64,000 nt of DNA from Candidatus Niyogibacteria bacterium CG10_big_fil_rev_8_21_14_0_10_46_36 (GCA_002772995.1 PFCO01000008.1:23150-87149); one strand, 5' to 3'; shown: positions 46,476 to 56,270, numbered from the stretch's first letter. Notes: generated by a model from the letters alone, not told the origin. A program made the numbers and translations.

Positions 46476-48116
46476 TTATTTTCTCATGATGAGGTATCCA
46501 GTTTCCGGAGAAATGCTAAGTCCCGGGATCTGCTCTCGCAAGCGGAGACGTAGCATTTCATCTTTCTCAAGCATGGCGACAATACAGCTATCGGCGCACG
46601 CGATATCCCCGATATCTTCCGGATATAGATAGGTAATGTGTTTTTCAGTTTGTTTTTCTTTACTCCAGCTGTCAGTAACGAACATGATTGACTGAGAAGG
46701 CATCGGGAGACTGCGGGTGTCGCCGGGGACGGGTATGCGTACTCCGTCTGCGTTTATTATAATATATTTTTCTATTTCTTGAGGCTGAGCATTCAGCCAT
46801 CGTCCAATCTCAGTATAGTTAGTGCTAAATGCGTCATATACCTCAACATTCGAGCCCCATCGAAGGACATATTGATTGAATGCCTGCAACGCGCCTGCCA
46901 GAAAAAACACAATAAGGAGAAACACCAATTCTTTGCGAATTCTGTGAAGCTGGCGTGCCGCGTGCGGGACCGCGCGTTCTTTTTGGGCAAGCCATCCGCC
47001 GATATTATGCATGACTGATGAGAGTGCGTGCGCAGAAATCATCATAACAGGCGGGATGACAAGCAGGGCGCGGAGCGCATGTGGGATGCCCTCGTTAGAA
47101 AATATAACCGGAAGCAGCCCCAATATAATCCACCCAAAAAGAAAAAGAGATATCTGCCAGTGTTTTTTTCTGCGCAAGGAAGATGCGTGCATCACAATGC
47201 CTAATGCAAATAATATTCCCACAGGGAACCATAGCTCCGGAGCGCCCGAAACATTATGTCTCCAATTGCCGTCACCCTGAAACCAAAACATGCCAAATGT
47301 CTGTAATGTATTTTCGATGATGGTGCTGATGGGGGAGGGCGTGTCAAAAACGGAAATTTGTGCCGTGCGTCCCAAAAAGTCCGTTGGGTGGTTTAAGAAA
47401 TATACGCCGAGCGGAAGCGCTGCGATAACAGCGAAGAACAAAAAAAGAGCAAACGAACACCACATGCATCCTTGTTTCCCAAAACCCCGGAGCCCTTGTT
47501 CTTTCCATATCTTGATAAATGGGATAGCTAATAAGAGCGGCATGACACGGTAAGCGATGTATGAATGAAATCCTCCTCCGAAAAAGATGCCGCCTGCGGC
47601 AGCAGCGAGTGTCTTTTTTGTGTCAGAAAGGTCTTTTCTAAATGTGAGCCACAAGAAATAAAACCCGAATGTCAGAAAGAACGGAGCCATAATTGCACGA
47701 AATCCGATGCGCGAAAAATTAATATGCCAGAATGATGTTGCAAGGAAGAATGCGGCGATGAGCGCTATGAGTTCCGCCCGTTCTTTATGCGTTTCGCGGA
47801 ACAGCTCTTTTGTAAGGAGATATGTGCCAAGAACGGTAAGAATGCCAAAGAGCGCTGATAGCAGGTGAAGCACCCATATATTGTTTCCGAACAACGAAAA
47901 TATTCCTGCGGCAAGTATAATGTAAAGCCCTTCTCTTCCGTTGTTCTCGCTATAGAACATTTGAGGGGATCCGGTGTCTAATGTCTGGATTGCATTATTG
48001 CCGTTCATCGCTTCGTCCGGGTATATGCCGGGCGGTATGTCGGCCAGATCAAATGTCCGTAAAAAAACAGCAACCAGGAGGACGCAGAGGAGCAATATAA
48101 TGTGTAACTTTTGCAT
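46476..48116 (-). CDS. GT-C glycosyltransferase (family 39/ArnT-like)
   Basis: PPGIYPDEAMNG, GREGL, WHINFSRIGFRA; likely start MQKLHII at 48116. Confidence 0.88.
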   Translation of the reverse strand: MQKLHIILLLCVLLVAVFLRTFDLADIPPGIYPDEAMNGNNAIQTLDTGSPQMFYSENNGREGLYIILAAGIFSLFGNNIWVLHLLSALFGILTVLGTYLLTKELFRETHKERAELIALIAAFFLATSFWHINFSRIGFRAIMAPFFLTFGFYFLWLTFRKDLSDTKKTLAAAAGGIFFGGGFHSYIAYRVMPLLLAIPFIKIWKEQGLRGFGKQGCMWCSFALFLFFAVIAALPLGVYFLNHPTDFLGRTAQISVFDTPSPISTIIENTLQTFGMFWFQGDGNWRHNVSGAPELWFPVGILFALGIVMHASSLRRKKHWQISLFLFGWIILGLLPVIFSNEGIPHALRALLVIPPVMMISAHALSSVMHNIGGWLAQKERAVPHAARQLHRIRKELVFLLIVFFLAGALQAFNQYVLRWGSNVEVYDAFSTNYTEIGRWLNAQPQEIEKYIIINADGVRIPVPGDTRSLPMPSQSIMFVTDSWSKEKQTEKHITYLYPEDIGDIACADSCIVAMLEKDEMLRLRLREQIPGLSISPETGYLIMRK

Positions 48117-48119
48117 ATA

Positions 48120-48133
48120 TCTATTATAATAGA
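48120..48133. promoter_or_regulatory. palindromic bidirectional -10 element
   Basis: TCTATTATAATAGA gives TATAAT on both strands within a 22-nt gap between divergent starts. Confidence 0.6.
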
Positions 48134-48138
48134 GAAAT

Positions 48139-48537
48139 ATGAATACTACACCGGAACGGCCCTTCTCTTCTCCGCAGGAAGAAATCCAGTGGCTGAGAGG
48201 CCAGCTTGAATCAAAAACCAGCCCTGAACAGAATGAACCCACCCTCTCCAAGGAAGCGGCTAAGGAAATATTGCATGAAGTGGTAGAAAAAGCATCACAG
48301 CCGTCGGAGTCATACGCATTGCCCGATAGCGATATTAAAAAAAAGGCAGAAAGCATGGAGCAAGAGGAGCACCATGAACAAATAGATGAACTTATGGCCA
48401 TTGCTCAAGAAAAAGGCATTATATCTGCCTTGAAGGTTGCCCGCAGCATTGGCAATCCTCATATTCTTGATGATTTTCATGATCATTTGATAGAGATTCT
48501 GTTGTTTCAGGATGATTCACAGTCATCTTCATCATAA
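48139..48537 (+). CDS. hypothetical protein upstream of VirD4-like ATPase
   Basis: Acidic helical ORF; EKGIISALKVA..NPHILDDFHD. Confidence 0.8.
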   Translation: MNTTPERPFSSPQEEIQWLRGQLESKTSPEQNEPTLSKEAAKEILHEVVEKASQPSESYALPDSDIKKKAESMEQEEHHEQIDELMAIAQEKGIISALKVARSIGNPHILDDFHDHLIEILLFQDDSQSSSS

Positions 48538-48543
48538 AAACAT

Positions 48544-50967
48544 ATGATGCTTATATATGGCATTGTTGCATATCTTCCATTCCTCATAGTAGGCGTTATC
48601 GCCATCGGAGTTGTGCTTTATTTTGTAAATCATATGCGCACTCGGCGCCAGCTGGAGCGTTCGTTACAGTTTGTGTTGTATGAGGTCACATTCTCGGAAG
48701 AGGAATCTCCCGTAGGGGAGGGGGGCTTTAAGAATTTCATTTCTGTGATGGAGCAGTTTTATAGCGGCATGAGCGCGATCAGCGAAGCAAAAGTCCCATG
48801 GGGCATTGGAAAAAATTTTTATGTGCTGGAACTTGCGTTACCCGACATAGGGGAGGAGACCACATTTTATGTCGGCATGCAGCATGCCCATCGGCGTATT
48901 TTCGAAAAGCAGCTCGAAAGTCTTTTCCCGCATGCTCGGGCGGAAGTCGTCCAGCATGATTACAATATTTTTAACGCGGAAGGCGCAAGCAAGGGCGCGG
49001 TCATAACGCTGTCGAAAAATTTTGCGCTTCCGGTGCGCACCTACGACAAACTGGAAGCCGACCCGCTGGAGGTGCTTGCAAATGCTTTTTCTAAATTGAA
49101 GAAAAAGGGAGAAGGAGCGGCTCTTCAAATTATTGTAGAGCCCGCAGAAAAAGAAGTGGTCCGGAAAATACACAAAGCGCGCGAAATGCTTTTAGAGGGC
49201 AATTCTCTTTCGCAAAGCGAGGCGAGCGGATGGATGGGAGAGCTTTCAAGAACATTTCGTATATTTTCCAGCTCATCATCTTCAGTAAAGAAAAAAGAAG
49301 ACCCAAAACAGCGGGTGTATGAGGAGGCGGTAAAATTGGTGGAAGAAAAAATGAATTCCCCCCTCTTTAAAGTAAACATACGCATCATCACTTCTGCCCC
49401 CACCGAAGAAGAAGCAGGCGGCATTTTAAAAGAGATATCGTCAGCGTTTCTTCAGTTTTCGGAACCCCAAGGAAATCAATTTATGGTACAAGACATAAAA
49501 CGATCGAAATTGCAGGAATTCTTTTATCTGTTTTCGTTTCGTATGTTTTCGGGGGCGTCGGCTTCATATATAAACGCTCGTGAGCTTACGAGCGTTTATC
49601 ACTTTCCGTACGGCGCGGTTTCTGCACCAAGGTTAAAAACTCTTAAGTCAAAAGATGCGCCCGCTCCGGCAAATCTTCCCCAGGAAGGGATTCTTTTGGG
49701 CACAAATTCATTCCGTGGAGAGTATCTCCCGGTGCGCATGAAGCTTGATGACCGCAGGCGGCATCAGTATATCATCGGGCAGACAGGAACCGGAAAGTCC
49801 GAATTTATGAAAAACATGATCCGCCAGGATATCGAGATCGGGCAGGGGATTTGCGTTATCGATCCGCACGGAGATATGGTGAGCGATATTTTAGGGCAGA
49901 TTCCTGAAGAGCGTGTTCAGGATGTGATTTATTTTGATCCGGGGAATGTAGATATGCCTATGGGACTTAATTTTCTTGAATATGACGAGCGTTATCCCGA
50001 ACAAAAAACATTTGTTGTTGATGAACTTCTGGCTATATTTAATAAACTCTACAATATGGAGCTTGCGGGTGGGCCAATGTTTGAGCAATATTTCAGGAAT
50101 GCCGCACACTTGGTTCTTGAAGACCCGTCATCCGGCAATACCTTATTAGAAATTATCCGTGTGCTTTCTGATAAAGCATTCCGGGATTACAAACTCTCCC
50201 GGTCAAAAAATCCTTTGGTGAATGCGTTTTGGAAAGAGATTGCTGAAAAGGCAGGAGGGGAGCACGCGCTTCAGAATATGATCCCGTATATCACTTCAAA
50301 ATTTGATACATTCCTTTCAAACGAGATTATGCGCCCTATTATTGCGCAACAGCACTCCGCGTTCCAGATGCGCGATGTAATGGATAACGGCAAGATACTA
50401 CTAGTAAATCTTTCCAAGGGCCGTGTGGGTGAGACAAACTCTGCCTTATTGGGGTTGGTTATCGTCGGCAAAATTCTTATGGCGGCATTTTCCCGGGCAA
50501 GCGAAACGCATCAGGAACAGCGGCGGGATTTTTTCTTGTACTTGGATGAGTTTCAAAGCATTACTACGCCCTCTATCGCAACCATTCTTTCGGAAGCACG
50601 CAAATATAAGCTCAATCTCATTATGGCGCATCAATTTATCGGCCAGCTATCCGAAGATATACGGAAATCCGTCTTCGGCAATGTCGGGACAATGGTCTCA
50701 TTCCGCATCGGAAGAGAAGACGCCGAAATCATTGAGAAGCAGTTTGAGCCGGTATTTTCGGCGCACGATCTCACAAACATAGAGAATTTTCAGGCATATA
50801 TTAAAATGCTTATAGGCGGGCAAACAGCAAAGCCGTTCAATATTCGGACATTCCCTCCGAAAGAAAGCAATGCGGTTGAGGCTGAAGCAATCAAAGAATT
50901 GTCCTCCCAGAAATATGGTCGTCCCCGGAAAGAGATAGAGGAGGAAGTTATGAGGCGATACCAATAA
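48544..50967 (+). CDS. VirD4/TraD-like (HerA/FtsK superfamily) membrane-anchored ATPase
   Basis: DRRRHQYIIGQTGTGKS, VIDPHGD, LYLDEFQ, SEARKYKLNL..AHQ, FGNVGT. Confidence 0.9.
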   Translation: MMLIYGIVAYLPFLIVGVIAIGVVLYFVNHMRTRRQLERSLQFVLYEVTFSEEESPVGEGGFKNFISVMEQFYSGMSAISEAKVPWGIGKNFYVLELALPDIGEETTFYVGMQHAHRRIFEKQLESLFPHARAEVVQHDYNIFNAEGASKGAVITLSKNFALPVRTYDKLEADPLEVLANAFSKLKKKGEGAALQIIVEPAEKEVVRKIHKAREMLLEGNSLSQSEASGWMGELSRTFRIFSSSSSSVKKKEDPKQRVYEEAVKLVEEKMNSPLFKVNIRIITSAPTEEEAGGILKEISSAFLQFSEPQGNQFMVQDIKRSKLQEFFYLFSFRMFSGASASYINARELTSVYHFPYGAVSAPRLKTLKSKDAPAPANLPQEGILLGTNSFRGEYLPVRMKLDDRRRHQYIIGQTGTGKSEFMKNMIRQDIEIGQGICVIDPHGDMVSDILGQIPEERVQDVIYFDPGNVDMPMGLNFLEYDERYPEQKTFVVDELLAIFNKLYNMELAGGPMFEQYFRNAAHLVLEDPSSGNTLLEIIRVLSDKAFRDYKLSRSKNPLVNAFWKEIAEKAGGEHALQNMIPYITSKFDTFLSNEIMRPIIAQQHSAFQMRDVMDNGKILLVNLSKGRVGETNSALLGLVIVGKILMAAFSRASETHQEQRRDFFLYLDEFQSITTPSIATILSEARKYKLNLIMAHQFIGQLSEDIRKSVFGNVGTMVSFRIGREDAEIIEKQFEPVFSAHDLTNIENFQAYIKMLIGGQTAKPFNIRTFPPKESNAVEAEAIKELSSQKYGRPRKEIEEEVMRRYQ

Positions 50968-50975
50968 TCAGCACT

Positions 50976-51533
50976 ATGTTTGTTCCATCATTATTGCAGG
51001 CGTTTTCTAATATTAGGGGCGTTTTGACTGCGGATGTCTCAATCTGGCTTTTGCTTACACCGCTTGTTGTGCTGTGGGTTGCTACCGAATTTTACTATGG
51101 AGAATACAAGCGTGAGCAGTTTGGATTTTCATCCGCGTTAACATCAGGCATGTCTCTGGTGTGGGTGAGCCTTGTTGCTGTGCGGGTGCTTTTTCTCTTT
51201 GATAGAGAAGGAGGCATATTTGCTTTGTTTGAGACATGGATACTTCTGGCATTCGTGCTGTACGGATTATTTATTGTGTATGCATCCTTCACGCATATTG
51301 TTACGCTTCGGGCGATGGGGAAGGTTGCGGCACCCTCCCTTTTGTATTTTCTTTCCATTGTTGCGGTTATCTTGGGGGAAGGAACGCTTGCGCTTAACTA
51401 TTATATCCTTCTCGCGTTTAGCATTGTTTTTATTGTATTAGTTGCATTCTTTTTTATTATTAAACGATATTTTTTGGGACTGCGCGGCGATATTGAGCGG
51501 GTCAAAGAAGCCGGCAGCAAACCAAAGATGTAA
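50976..51533 (+). CDS. hypothetical membrane protein
   Basis: About five TM segments. Confidence 0.75.
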   Translation: MFVPSLLQAFSNIRGVLTADVSIWLLLTPLVVLWVATEFYYGEYKREQFGFSSALTSGMSLVWVSLVAVRVLFLFDREGGIFALFETWILLAFVLYGLFIVYASFTHIVTLRAMGKVAAPSLLYFLSIVAVILGEGTLALNYYILLAFSIVFIVLVAFFFIIKRYFLGLRGDIERVKEAGSKPKM

Positions 51534-51539
51534 ATATTT

Positions 51540-52187
51540 ATGGAGCAGCGATTTTTAGCGAAGGATTACATATTAGCATTTTTTTCTGGGCTTTTAACCG
51601 GACTTTTACTCTTGCCGGTGCTCCGGAATCTTGATGCCGGTATCCCATACCAGTCATGGGTTCTTCTTGTCGGGTTCCCGTTTTTGATGATATTCGGCCT
51701 TTTTGTGGGAGGGGTGCTGTCGCGGTGGGTGCGTATCTTTTTTCAGGCAAGCAAGTTTGCGGTAACTGGGTTTTTGAATATGGCGGTTGATTTTGGGGTG
51801 TTGAACCTTCTTATATCGTTTACCGGCATAAGTATGGGGGCATATTTTTCAGTATTCAAAGGCGCATCGTTTATCGTTGCAAATATCAATAGTTATTTCT
51901 GGAACAAATTTTGGACATTCCGGAAAAAGATTCCGGCGCATTTGGAATCTCTCGAATCGGTTCCCGGCGCGCAGAAGCAGGCGCCAAAAGAATATGCCCA
52001 GTTCTTCATCGTGAGCGTTATCGGTCTTTTGATAAATGTCGGTGCGGCAACACTGGTGGTCAATGTTGTCGGTGCGCAATTTGACTTGGGCGCAAACGCA
52101 TGGGCAAATGTCGGTGCGGTTGCCGGTTCTGCTGCAGGACTTTTGTGGAACTTTATCGGCTACAAACTCATCGTATTTAAATCATAA
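51540..52187 (+). CDS. GtrA family flippase-like protein
   Basis: KFAVTGFLNMAVDFG, NSYFWNKFWTF, WNFIGYKLIVF. Confidence 0.9.
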   Translation: MEQRFLAKDYILAFFSGLLTGLLLLPVLRNLDAGIPYQSWVLLVGFPFLMIFGLFVGGVLSRWVRIFFQASKFAVTGFLNMAVDFGVLNLLISFTGISMGAYFSVFKGASFIVANINSYFWNKFWTFRKKIPAHLESLESVPGAQKQAPKEYAQFFIVSVIGLLINVGAATLVVNVVGAQFDLGANAWANVGAVAGSAAGLLWNFIGYKLIVFKS

Positions 52188-52203
52188 TGTTTCTTTTTGG
52201 TGT

Positions 52204-52890
52204 GTGATTGAGGCGCATCCTATAACTACAAAATCCTGTGTTCGCTGCGAGGATGAGTTTTTGGGTGAGGCGTGGAGAAACGCGTGCTGGGACTGTTACG
52301 AATATGTTGTAGAGGGGCAGGAATTTTTTACGGAACGCATTATCTCTGACGACGCTCCCCGCCATTACGAGAACGGATTTTTCCTTTGGGAGAAAGAAGA
52401 CAAGGGCTATTACTGGTTCTCTCCCGATGAGCGCTGCGTATTGGTGCCTGAAAAATTTCACGAGTCAAAAACGCTTAAGCAGGTGATGCGTAAGCGCGCG
52501 TTACGATACACCGAAAACGAGCACTTTGATAAGGTTATGCTTTTGTGCAGAAACGCGCACATAAAAGACGGCGTGTGGCTTACGAATGAATTTATCCATC
52601 TGTTCTCCGATTTGTTCGGGAAGGGGTGCGCGTATTCAATTGAGGTGTGGGACGGTGACGATATTATCGGGGGGCTATTCGGGCTTCGCATGCCGTCATA
52701 TCGTTCCGTAGAATCTATGTTCAGCATACAAAATGATATGTCAAAACTCGCCTTACGCCATGTATGTAGCCTTGAGCGGGGGCATAGGAGCATTATTGAT
52801 CTTCAGATGGCCTCCAGGCACCTATTATCACTTGGTGCTGATGTTATTTCTCGTGATGAGTTTTTGTATCACATCAAAAAAACACCATAA
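52204..52890 (+). CDS. aat: leucyl/phenylalanyl-tRNA--protein transferase with N-terminal CxxC-x12-CxxC
   Basis: WFSPDERCVL, WLTNEF, YSIEVW..IGGLFG, ESMFS, IDLQ..HLLSLGA; start GTG 52204 inferred. Confidence 0.8.
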   Translation: MIEAHPITTKSCVRCEDEFLGEAWRNACWDCYEYVVEGQEFFTERIISDDAPRHYENGFFLWEKEDKGYYWFSPDERCVLVPEKFHESKTLKQVMRKRALRYTENEHFDKVMLLCRNAHIKDGVWLTNEFIHLFSDLFGKGCAYSIEVWDGDDIIGGLFGLRMPSYRSVESMFSIQNDMSKLALRHVCSLERGHRSIIDLQMASRHLLSLGADVISRDEFLYHIKKTP

Positions 52891-52934
52891 ACGGCTTTAT
52901 TGAGTATGGGTACAAAATACGATATTCTAAGGAC

Positions 52935-55409
52935 ATGCAACGGTATAATCCGAAAAAAATAGAAAAGAAATGGGCAGAAAAGTGGGAGCAGGAAGCGGTG
53001 TACGAGCCAGACATGAAAAAGGCAAAAAGGCCTTTTTATAATTTAATGATGTTCCCGTACCCGTCGGCAGAAGGTCTGCATGTGGGCAATATGTACGCAT
53101 TCGTGGGTGCTGACATTTATGGGCGTAAAAAACGGATGGAGGGCAATGATGTGTTTGAGCCCATTGGCCTTGATGGATTTGGGATACACTCAGAAAATTA
53201 TGCACTCAAGATCGGTGCGCATCCGATGAAGCTTGCCGAAAAAAGTGAAAAGAATTTTTATAAGCAATTACAGATGATCGGAAACGGGTTTGCGTGGAAC
53301 GAGCGGCTCGAAACATACAATCCCGAATATTACCGCTGGACGCAGTGGGTTTTCGTGCAGATGTTCAAGCAGGGGCTTGCGTATCGTAAAAAAGCAAAGG
53401 TAAACTGGTGCCCGGGATGCAAGACCGTGCTTTCGGATGAGCAGGTGATTGCGGGTGCGTGCGAACGGTGCGATAGCATTGTTATTAAAAAAGAACTTGA
53501 GCAATGGTTTTTTAAGATTACGGATTACGCAAAGCGCTTGCTCGGTGATCTTGAAAAGATAGATTGGTCTGAAAAAGTAAAAATTGCGCAAAAAAACTGG
53601 ATAGGCGAGAGTGAGGGTGCGCGCATCACATTTGCGCTCCGAGGCGTTCCAGGCCATGCAGACAACAAACACAGTGTAGAGGTTTTTACGACGCGTCCCG
53701 ATACGCTTTTTGGTGTAACATTTATAGCGATTTCGGCGGAGCTTGCAAAAAGATGGATAGATGCTGGCTGGCAAGCAAGCCCTGAAGTTGGTAAGTATAT
53801 TGAAAAGACTCTTGCTGGGCAGGCAATGCCGCATGGCGTTACCGAAAAAGAAGACAAGACAGGGATAGACGCCGGTTTTAAGGCGATCCACCCTATTACT
53901 GGTGAAGCAATTCCCGTCTGGGTTGTAAATTATGTATTGGGCGATGTGGGGACAGGCGCTATTATGGCGGTTCCCGCACACGACCAGCGCGACTTTGAGT
54001 TTGCAAAGAAGTTTAATCTTCCTGCAATCATGGTGGTGTGCCCTCATTATCCTGCCAAGACTTGTCCGGTGCTGGACGAAGCATACACGGGGGAAGGGCA
54101 TATGATTGCCTCTGGCGAGTTCAACGGGCAACAAAACGAACAAGTAAAATGGGGTATTACAAAAAAAGTCGGAGGCGAACGGATAACGACATATCGTCTC
54201 CGAGATTGGCTTATATCGCGCCAGCGCTACTGGGGTCCGCCGATTCCCATGGTTTTTTGCGAGGCATGCAAAGAGCAGGGAAGGGGCGAACGGGACGACA
54301 TGCCGGGGTGGTATACAGTTCCTGTGGGTGAATTGCCGGTAGAGCTTCCATATGTAAAAAACTTTAAACCGACGGGGGAGGCAACATCTCCGCTTGCGGC
54401 GGTGTCATCATTTTACGAAGTGGATTGCCCAGCGTGTGGCACAAAGGCACAACGCGAAACGGATGTATCCGACACTTTTTTGGATTCAGCATGGTATTAT
54501 CTGCGCTACCCTTCAGTAACCGAAAAAAATGCTCCATGGAACGCGGATATTACAAAGAATTGGCTTCCGGTAGATATGTATATCGGGGGTGCGGAACACG
54601 CAGTGCTCCATCTTTTGTATACCCGGTTTTTAGCGAAAGCATTTTTTGACTGGAAACTCATTGATTTTGATGAACCGTTTGTGCGGTTTCGTGCGCATGG
54701 TCTTTTGATAAAGGACGGTGCGAAGATGTCGAAATCGCGCGGGAATGTTATCAATCCCGATGTATACATAAAAGCGTACGGCGCGGATGCGTTCCGGATG
54801 TATCTTATGTTTTTGGGCCCCTTTGAGCAGGGGGGGGATTTTCGCGATGAGGGGATTAAGGGTGTTACGCGTTTTTTGGAACGCATGTGGAATCTTGCCC
54901 ATACCGTAGCAGGAAATGACGAAGTGGGCACAGTTCCGGAGCGCGGCGCTGTGGAAAAAATACTTCACCAGACTATTAAAAAGGTTACTGAAGACATTGA
55001 GTTGCTCAACTATAATACGGCAATATCGCAGCTCATGATACTGCTCCGTGAGTACGAGAATAATACATCAGCAGTCGCCAAAGAAGACATGAGGGTGTGC
55101 GCACAGCTCCTGGCGCCCTTTGCGCCGTTTCTTGCGGAAGAGCTATGGTATATGTTCGGCGGAGACGGACCTGTGCATGTTTCTTCGTGGCCGTTGTTTG
55201 AGGAATCAAAGATACAAGAGGACGCCTTTGAGCTTGTGGTCCAGATAAACGGAAAAATGCGCGACAAGTTTCAGGCGCCAAGCACAATCTCAAAAGAGGA
55301 CATGGAAAAAGAAGCGCTTTCCCGTCCGCGCGTGCAAGAATTGCTCGCAGGAAAACAGCCGAAAAAAGTTATCATCATTCCAAAGCGGCTCGTAAATATT
55401 GTACTATAA
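52935..55409 (+). CDS. leuS: leucine--tRNA ligase
   Basis: MFPYPSAEGLHVGN, FTTRPDT, GTGAIMAVPAHDQRD, KMSKS, VVQINGKMR. Confidence 0.98.
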   Translation: MQRYNPKKIEKKWAEKWEQEAVYEPDMKKAKRPFYNLMMFPYPSAEGLHVGNMYAFVGADIYGRKKRMEGNDVFEPIGLDGFGIHSENYALKIGAHPMKLAEKSEKNFYKQLQMIGNGFAWNERLETYNPEYYRWTQWVFVQMFKQGLAYRKKAKVNWCPGCKTVLSDEQVIAGACERCDSIVIKKELEQWFFKITDYAKRLLGDLEKIDWSEKVKIAQKNWIGESEGARITFALRGVPGHADNKHSVEVFTTRPDTLFGVTFIAISAELAKRWIDAGWQASPEVGKYIEKTLAGQAMPHGVTEKEDKTGIDAGFKAIHPITGEAIPVWVVNYVLGDVGTGAIMAVPAHDQRDFEFAKKFNLPAIMVVCPHYPAKTCPVLDEAYTGEGHMIASGEFNGQQNEQVKWGITKKVGGERITTYRLRDWLISRQRYWGPPIPMVFCEACKEQGRGERDDMPGWYTVPVGELPVELPYVKNFKPTGEATSPLAAVSSFYEVDCPACGTKAQRETDVSDTFLDSAWYYLRYPSVTEKNAPWNADITKNWLPVDMYIGGAEHAVLHLLYTRFLAKAFFDWKLIDFDEPFVRFRAHGLLIKDGAKMSKSRGNVINPDVYIKAYGADAFRMYLMFLGPFEQGGDFRDEGIKGVTRFLERMWNLAHTVAGNDEVGTVPERGAVEKILHQTIKKVTEDIELLNYNTAISQLMILLREYENNTSAVAKEDMRVCAQLLAPFAPFLAEELWYMFGGDGPVHVSSWPLFEESKIQEDAFELVVQINGKMRDKFQAPSTISKEDMEKEALSRPRVQELLAGKQPKKVIIIPKRLVNIVL

Positions 55410-55439
55410 AATAAACAGTTGCTTTGATAGGGGTGAGGA

Positions 55440-56042
55440 ATGAAAAAAATCGTCATCGTTTTGTACATGGGCTGCCTGTATGCCGTGTTCGCGTTTTCTC
55501 TATTTTGTGCGAATACATCATTTCGGGGAGATGCAAAAACTGCCGTTATCTTTATTGATAAAGAGCTGACATTTCAAGGATATGTGCCTGCGTTTCTGCG
55601 CGCGCAATATGAACTGTATTATTTTTATGCACAAGGATACCGTGCGCGCATCGTATTTCGTGCCGATGAGACGATCATCAAAGAATTTTTGTTGGATAAC
55701 AAAATACACGCACTTTCTTATTTCGGGCATGCAAGTTTTCCGGCAATAGCAGGACTGGGAGCGGGAGACTGGCAAGCGGCACTATATAATGGGTATGTCG
55801 AAAAGTACGAACATCTCGGTCTTGCGTCTGATGATGCAGAACGCCTGGCAGATGTGCAGAGTAGGAATTTCGGTTTAGACATAGTGAGGAACAACTCATG
55901 CTATTCGCTTGCGGGGACGGCTCTCGCCCGGTTATTTGTACAGTCTGGCGGCGTCTATTATGGCTCAAAAGGGTACTATTTCCCTACGCCCACATACCGC
56001 TCGGACACGAGCATGTTTTTGGAACAATACAATGTTCCATAA
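55440..56042 (+). CDS. secreted hypothetical protein, possible caspase-hemoglobinase-fold His-Cys peptidase
   Basis: Signal-like N-terminus; ALSYFGHAS and IVRNNSCYS motifs. Confidence 0.6.
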   Translation: MKKIVIVLYMGCLYAVFAFSLFCANTSFRGDAKTAVIFIDKELTFQGYVPAFLRAQYELYYFYAQGYRARIVFRADETIIKEFLLDNKIHALSYFGHASFPAIAGLGAGDWQAALYNGYVEKYEHLGLASDDAERLADVQSRNFGLDIVRNNSCYSLAGTALARLFVQSGGVYYGSKGYYFPTPTYRSDTSMFLEQYNVP

Positions 56043-56075
56043 ATAAAAAGCCCTGTGAAAGGGGCTTTTTTATGG

Positions 56076-56113
56076 AAATAAACGGCTCACACCCCCGTGT
56101 GAGCCGTTTATTT
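56076..56113. repeat. palindromic REP-like repeat, copy 2
   Basis: AAATAAACGGCTCACAC-CCCC-GTGTGAGCCGTTTATTT; reverse complement nearly identical to 4328-4363. Confidence 0.75.
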
Positions 56114-56243
56114 GGAAGCTTCGGCGCCTTATTTTATAGGGCGTAAAGGTATTGAATCAATGATTCTCTAATTATTAAAAAATAAGTCTATATTTTGTCA
56201 AAAATATATGCTTTTTTTATTTAAAAATAAGGCATTTTTATAC

Positions 56244-56252
56244 TTATCCACA
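56244..56252 (+). promoter_or_regulatory. DnaA box
   Basis: Perfect TTATCCACA in intergenic DNA. Confidence 0.55.
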
Positions 56253-56270
56253 GTTTATGCAGAGAATTTA

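Noticed and set aside
48117-48401. N-terminal extension of the 641-aa GT39 ORF
   Set aside because: It is antisense to the real gene 48139-48537; the hydrophobic start at 48116 is more plausible
48544-50967. Conjugative element or ICE
   Set aside because: No relaxase, virB genes, integrase or att repeats; housekeeping context
52036-52203. N-terminal extension of the aat ORF
   Set aside because: It overlaps gtrA by ~150 nt in another frame and does not look protein-like
53268-54143. 291-aa antisense ORF inside leuS (similar shadows at 38684-39280, 44053-44646, 62446-63048)
   Set aside because: Shadow frames of well-supported genes, with no motifs or expression signals
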